A DNA stretch of 28,365 bases from a virus (lineage: Duplodnaviria > Caudoviricetes). The notes below the pieces were generated by a model. That model worked only from the letters and a program-made list of their open reading frames with translations, searched no databases and was not told the origin of the DNA. Made by a program: the position numbers and the translations under genes. Below are positions 25,980-28,365 of this stretch, piece by piece (the stretch's first letter is position 1; each line of letters opens with the position of its first letter). The stretch covers positions 1 to 28,365 of IMG/VR virus record IMGVR_UViG_3300027856_000279. One strand, 5' to 3'.

Positions 25980-26283
25980 TAGTTCATCGACGTCTTACAT
26001 TATTGATGTTCGCGTTGATATTTTGACCGCAGATGAATTTGTGAAACACTTATGGATGGGTGACTTATATGTCCAGATGATTAGTTACGACTTTAGATAC
26101 TCACAGCAACAGATAATTGATTCTCTGAATAGAAGTTATGGATTCCCTCTCGGTAAGGGAAGTCACAATCTCATTTTTGGAGATGAAAACTATGATGCTG
26201 CAGGTGAAGTTTTTGATTACTGTCTTAGAAAGGGGCACGACGGTCCTAAATTTCACATCTGGTTCCATGAATCCTTGAGGTAA
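25951..26283 (+). CDS. DFVTNSSS-leader protein 5
   Basis: N-terminus MKVKADFVTNSSSTSYII. Confidence 0.8.
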   Translation: MKVKADFVTNSSSTSYIIDVRVDILTADEFVKHLWMGDLYVQMISYDFRYSQQQIIDSLNRSYGFPLGKGSHNLIFGDENYDAAGEVFDYCLRKGHDGPKFHIWFHESLR

Positions 26284-26287
26284 AATT

Positions 26288-26578
26288 ATGGAATACAAAC
26301 ACGGAATTGTATGTCCTGCGTGCGGTAAGGGAAAGTTGATAATAACTTTTGATCTTTTAGAATTTAGTTATAGGGGTCATGATCAAATTTTTGAAGGATT
26401 TGACTCGTTTAAATGTGATCTCTGTCCTGAGTCCTTCTTGAATAAAAGACATAGTTCGGAGCTTGAGATAATACTTAAAGTACTCAGAGAGGTGATTGAT
26501 AAAAAATCAGAGGATGATCCAAAAGTTACATGGACCTTTACAAGGATGGAGGCGGACGAAAATGTCAAACCTAACTGA
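26288..26578 (+). CDS. YgiT-type (MqsA N-terminal-like) zinc finger protein
   Basis: 'CPACGKGKL......FSYRG....F......KCDLCPESF'. No C-terminal HTH. Confidence 0.7.
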   Translation: MEYKHGIVCPACGKGKLIITFDLLEFSYRGHDQIFEGFDSFKCDLCPESFLNKRHSSELEIILKVLREVIDKKSEDDPKVTWTFTRMEADENVKPN

Positions 26579-26774
26579 ATGTTATCAATGTAAGCATGAA
26601 TATGATCCGAGAGAGTGTAATACAGTTCTCCCCGATAATATGAACATATGGGGTGTAGACCCAGACGAAAAGCTACCTCAGTGTCCTGAATGTGACGCCG
26701 TAGACTTCAGGGACATTGCTGCAAAGCAACTCGCCAATGATCCAAGATTTAAGGAGGAGAAGAAAGATGATTGA
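26562..26774 (+). CDS. Small zinc-ribbon protein
   Basis: ATG at 26562 after GGAGG. CYQC and CPEC. Confidence 0.65.
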   Translation: MSNLTECYQCKHEYDPRECNTVLPDNMNIWGVDPDEKLPQCPECDAVDFRDIAAKQLANDPRFKEEKKDD

Positions 26775-27183
26775 TGCTGAAAGAGTAGAATTTATTATCA
26801 GAGATTGCCTATTCAGCCATGAAGAACTCGAAGGTGGGAAGCCTAAGAACCCTGAGGACATGATTGTAATTGAAGGTGTTATGAATAGTTATGGCCTTCA
26901 CGGGGGGAGAGTTGATAGTCACAAACCAGAGATTGTTAGTTTTCTTGAACAGCTTCCAGATATGTTTATGAAAGATTTAGGAGGAGGTTGGTCCTTCTTA
27001 AAGGCTAGCGATACAAATGAAGGTGAACAGTGGACTGGTTTACAACGAACAATGGAGGCACTCTTTGTTTTGGGCATGGCACTAGGTAAGGTTAAGTTTG
27101 CCAGTCCAAGAGAAAAGTGGAATGAACTTCCGGGGCGTATGCCTTATATGATTGTTGATTTGGAGGGAGAACGAGATGAGTGA
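26767..27183 (+). CDS. Hypothetical protein
   Basis: ATG at 26767 after AGGAGGAG. Motif-like GGGWSFL, QWTG and LPGRMPY. Confidence 0.7.
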   Translation: MIDAERVEFIIRDCLFSHEELEGGKPKNPEDMIVIEGVMNSYGLHGGRVDSHKPEIVSFLEQLPDMFMKDLGGGWSFLKASDTNEGEQWTGLQRTMEALFVLGMALGKVKFASPREKWNELPGRMPYMIVDLEGERDE

Positions 27184-27385
27184 AAGACTTCGTTGCTTTT
27201 TACTAACATCAGTACTATTTCCTCTAATATTTTTCTTCCTGTGTCTGGCACTATTTCTTGTTGGAGGAAAGACTCTAAGGATATGGTTTCCTTTGGCATT
27301 TGGTGCGCTGATACTTGTCAACTCTTTTGTAACCTTCAAACTAGTGTTAAAGGAGTTTACCGGACATGCAATTGAGAATCCTTAG
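27176..27385 (+). CDS. Small two-TM membrane protein
   Basis: ATG at 27176 after GGAGGGAG. Two hydrophobic helices. Confidence 0.6.
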   Translation: MSERLRCFLLTSVLFPLIFFFLCLALFLVGGKTLRIWFPLAFGALILVNSFVTFKLVLKEFTGHAIENP

Positions 27386-28124
27386 TGTCGACTGGGACTA
27401 CTTTTTTCCTGATATGTTCTGGTATGACTGGAGTCAAAAAGAAGAGAGTATGATGTTCTTAGAGTATCTCTGGTATATCAGATATGGTAATCAACACCTG
27501 AAAACTGGAGAGTTGGCTAAAGATACAGTCAAACCAGATAAATCTCGTCTGTGCGGTTTTTGGGAGAAAGTGTCTCCTAGAGAACCGTACATAAATTTAA
27601 CAATTACTGAGAGTCACAAAGACATTGTAACAACTCTTGACTTCTTTTTCTCAGACCCTCTTGATAGACCAAGTTTTAGAATATGGAATTTCGACCAACA
27701 TCACGATGCCGGTTATGGCATGGAGAAATTAAATTGTGATAATTGGGCATACTATCTACGGGAAAATGGTCGCCTAAGTGAATATCATGTTATCTATCCA
27801 CCTTGGAGAAAAGAGAAACCAGAAGAGAAACCAAAGTTTCCCTGTACCATGCATTATGAAATTCCAGATCTTCCAGACAGATTTGAGTTTGTATTCATAT
27901 GTAGATCGGGTGGATGGACTCCAAGTTGGTGTGACGATGAATGGATTAAGTTCATCGAGCACTGGAAGAAGTATGAACTTTTGTGGACAACTAAAAGTTC
28001 TGCTCCATATGCTCTTAAGAAAAGACCTTTTGATTACGAGAAGGCGGAGGATCAAGCAAGAAAGGAGCAAAAGATTCGAGACCAAATTAGGGAGGATAAT
28101 AAGAAGATTATGGAGAGGAGGTAA
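27366..28124 (+). CDS. Arginase/deacetylase-fold (UPF0489-like) metal-dependent hydrolase
   Basis: 'LSVDWDYF', 'ESH', 'NFDQHHD', 'CDNW' and 'ICRSGGWTP'. Confidence 0.6.
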   Translation: MQLRILSVDWDYFFPDMFWYDWSQKEESMMFLEYLWYIRYGNQHLKTGELAKDTVKPDKSRLCGFWEKVSPREPYINLTITESHKDIVTTLDFFFSDPLDRPSFRIWNFDQHHDAGYGMEKLNCDNWAYYLRENGRLSEYHVIYPPWRKEKPEEKPKFPCTMHYEIPDLPDRFEFVFICRSGGWTPSWCDDEWIKFIEHWKKYELLWTTKSSAPYALKKRPFDYEKAEDQARKEQKIRDQIREDNKKIMERR

Positions 28125-28125
28125 T

Positions 28126-28365
28126 GTGGCCAAACAATTTAAAGAACGTATATGTCGGCAGTGTTTAGGAAGATTTCAAACTTTTGAAAATGATAGACAT
28201 ACTTGTAAATCGTGTGAACTTAAAATCAAAAAAGCTAAAAAGATTAGACAATCTCCTAAGACCAAGATGGTCGAGTGTGATAAGTGTAGCAGGACACATA
28301 GAACAAAGATTTATTATCCTGATGGGTGGTGTAATCTTCTCTGCACAGATTGTAGAAAGGAGAGA
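28126..28365 (+). CDS. Double zinc-finger protein, truncated by the window end
   Basis: GTG after GAGGAGG. Open to the end of the window: MAKQFKERICRQC...CKSC...CDKC...CTDC. Not in the ORF track. Confidence 0.7.
   Translation, partial: MAKQFKERICRQCLGRFQTFENDRHTCKSCELKIKKAKKIRQSPKTKMVECDKCSRTHRTKIYYPDGWCNLLCTDCRKER

Noticed and set aside
20730-25989. Tag repeats as a CRISPR array, DGR template/variable repeats or integron attC-like sites
   Set aside because: Variation is synonymous rather than adenine-specific, spacing is gene-sized and irregular, there is no palindrome, and no RT, Cas or integrase is present in the window.
1-28365. Alternative genetic code (stop-codon reassignment) as in some large phages
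   Set aside because: Long conserved genes are intact under code 11, and TAA, TAG and TGA all terminate genes directly before the next SD/start.

Overview
This window is part of a large tailed-phage (myovirus, T4-superfamily-like or jumbo-type) genome read in the standard genetic code. Bases ~1.1-18.6 kb hold a virion/packaging block split over both strands: large terminase, probable hub and tape-measure-like proteins, gp6-like wedge, gp25-like, gp26/gp51-like pair and gp19-like tail tube. Bases ~18.9-28.4 kb hold a densely overlapping + strand accessory block. The standout feature is a radical SAM (SPASM/twitch-type) enzyme and a GNAT acetyltransferase followed by five mostly unrelated small proteins that all begin with the same ~18-residue tag, M-K-[IV]-K-x-D-F-V-T-N-S-S-S-x-x-[FY]-h-h. 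The tag is conserved at protein level and synonymously diverged at DNA level. This is a candidate phage-encoded, leader-directed protein modification system. Other points: a likely programmed frameshift joining the gp26-like and gp51-like ORFs, an identical back-to-back promoter-like architecture (CTATATATATTA / GAACAAAT) at both divergent junctions, several structured intergenic elements, and an OmpA-family lipoprotein that suggests a diderm host. All product calls come from motif recognition by eye; no database searches were run.
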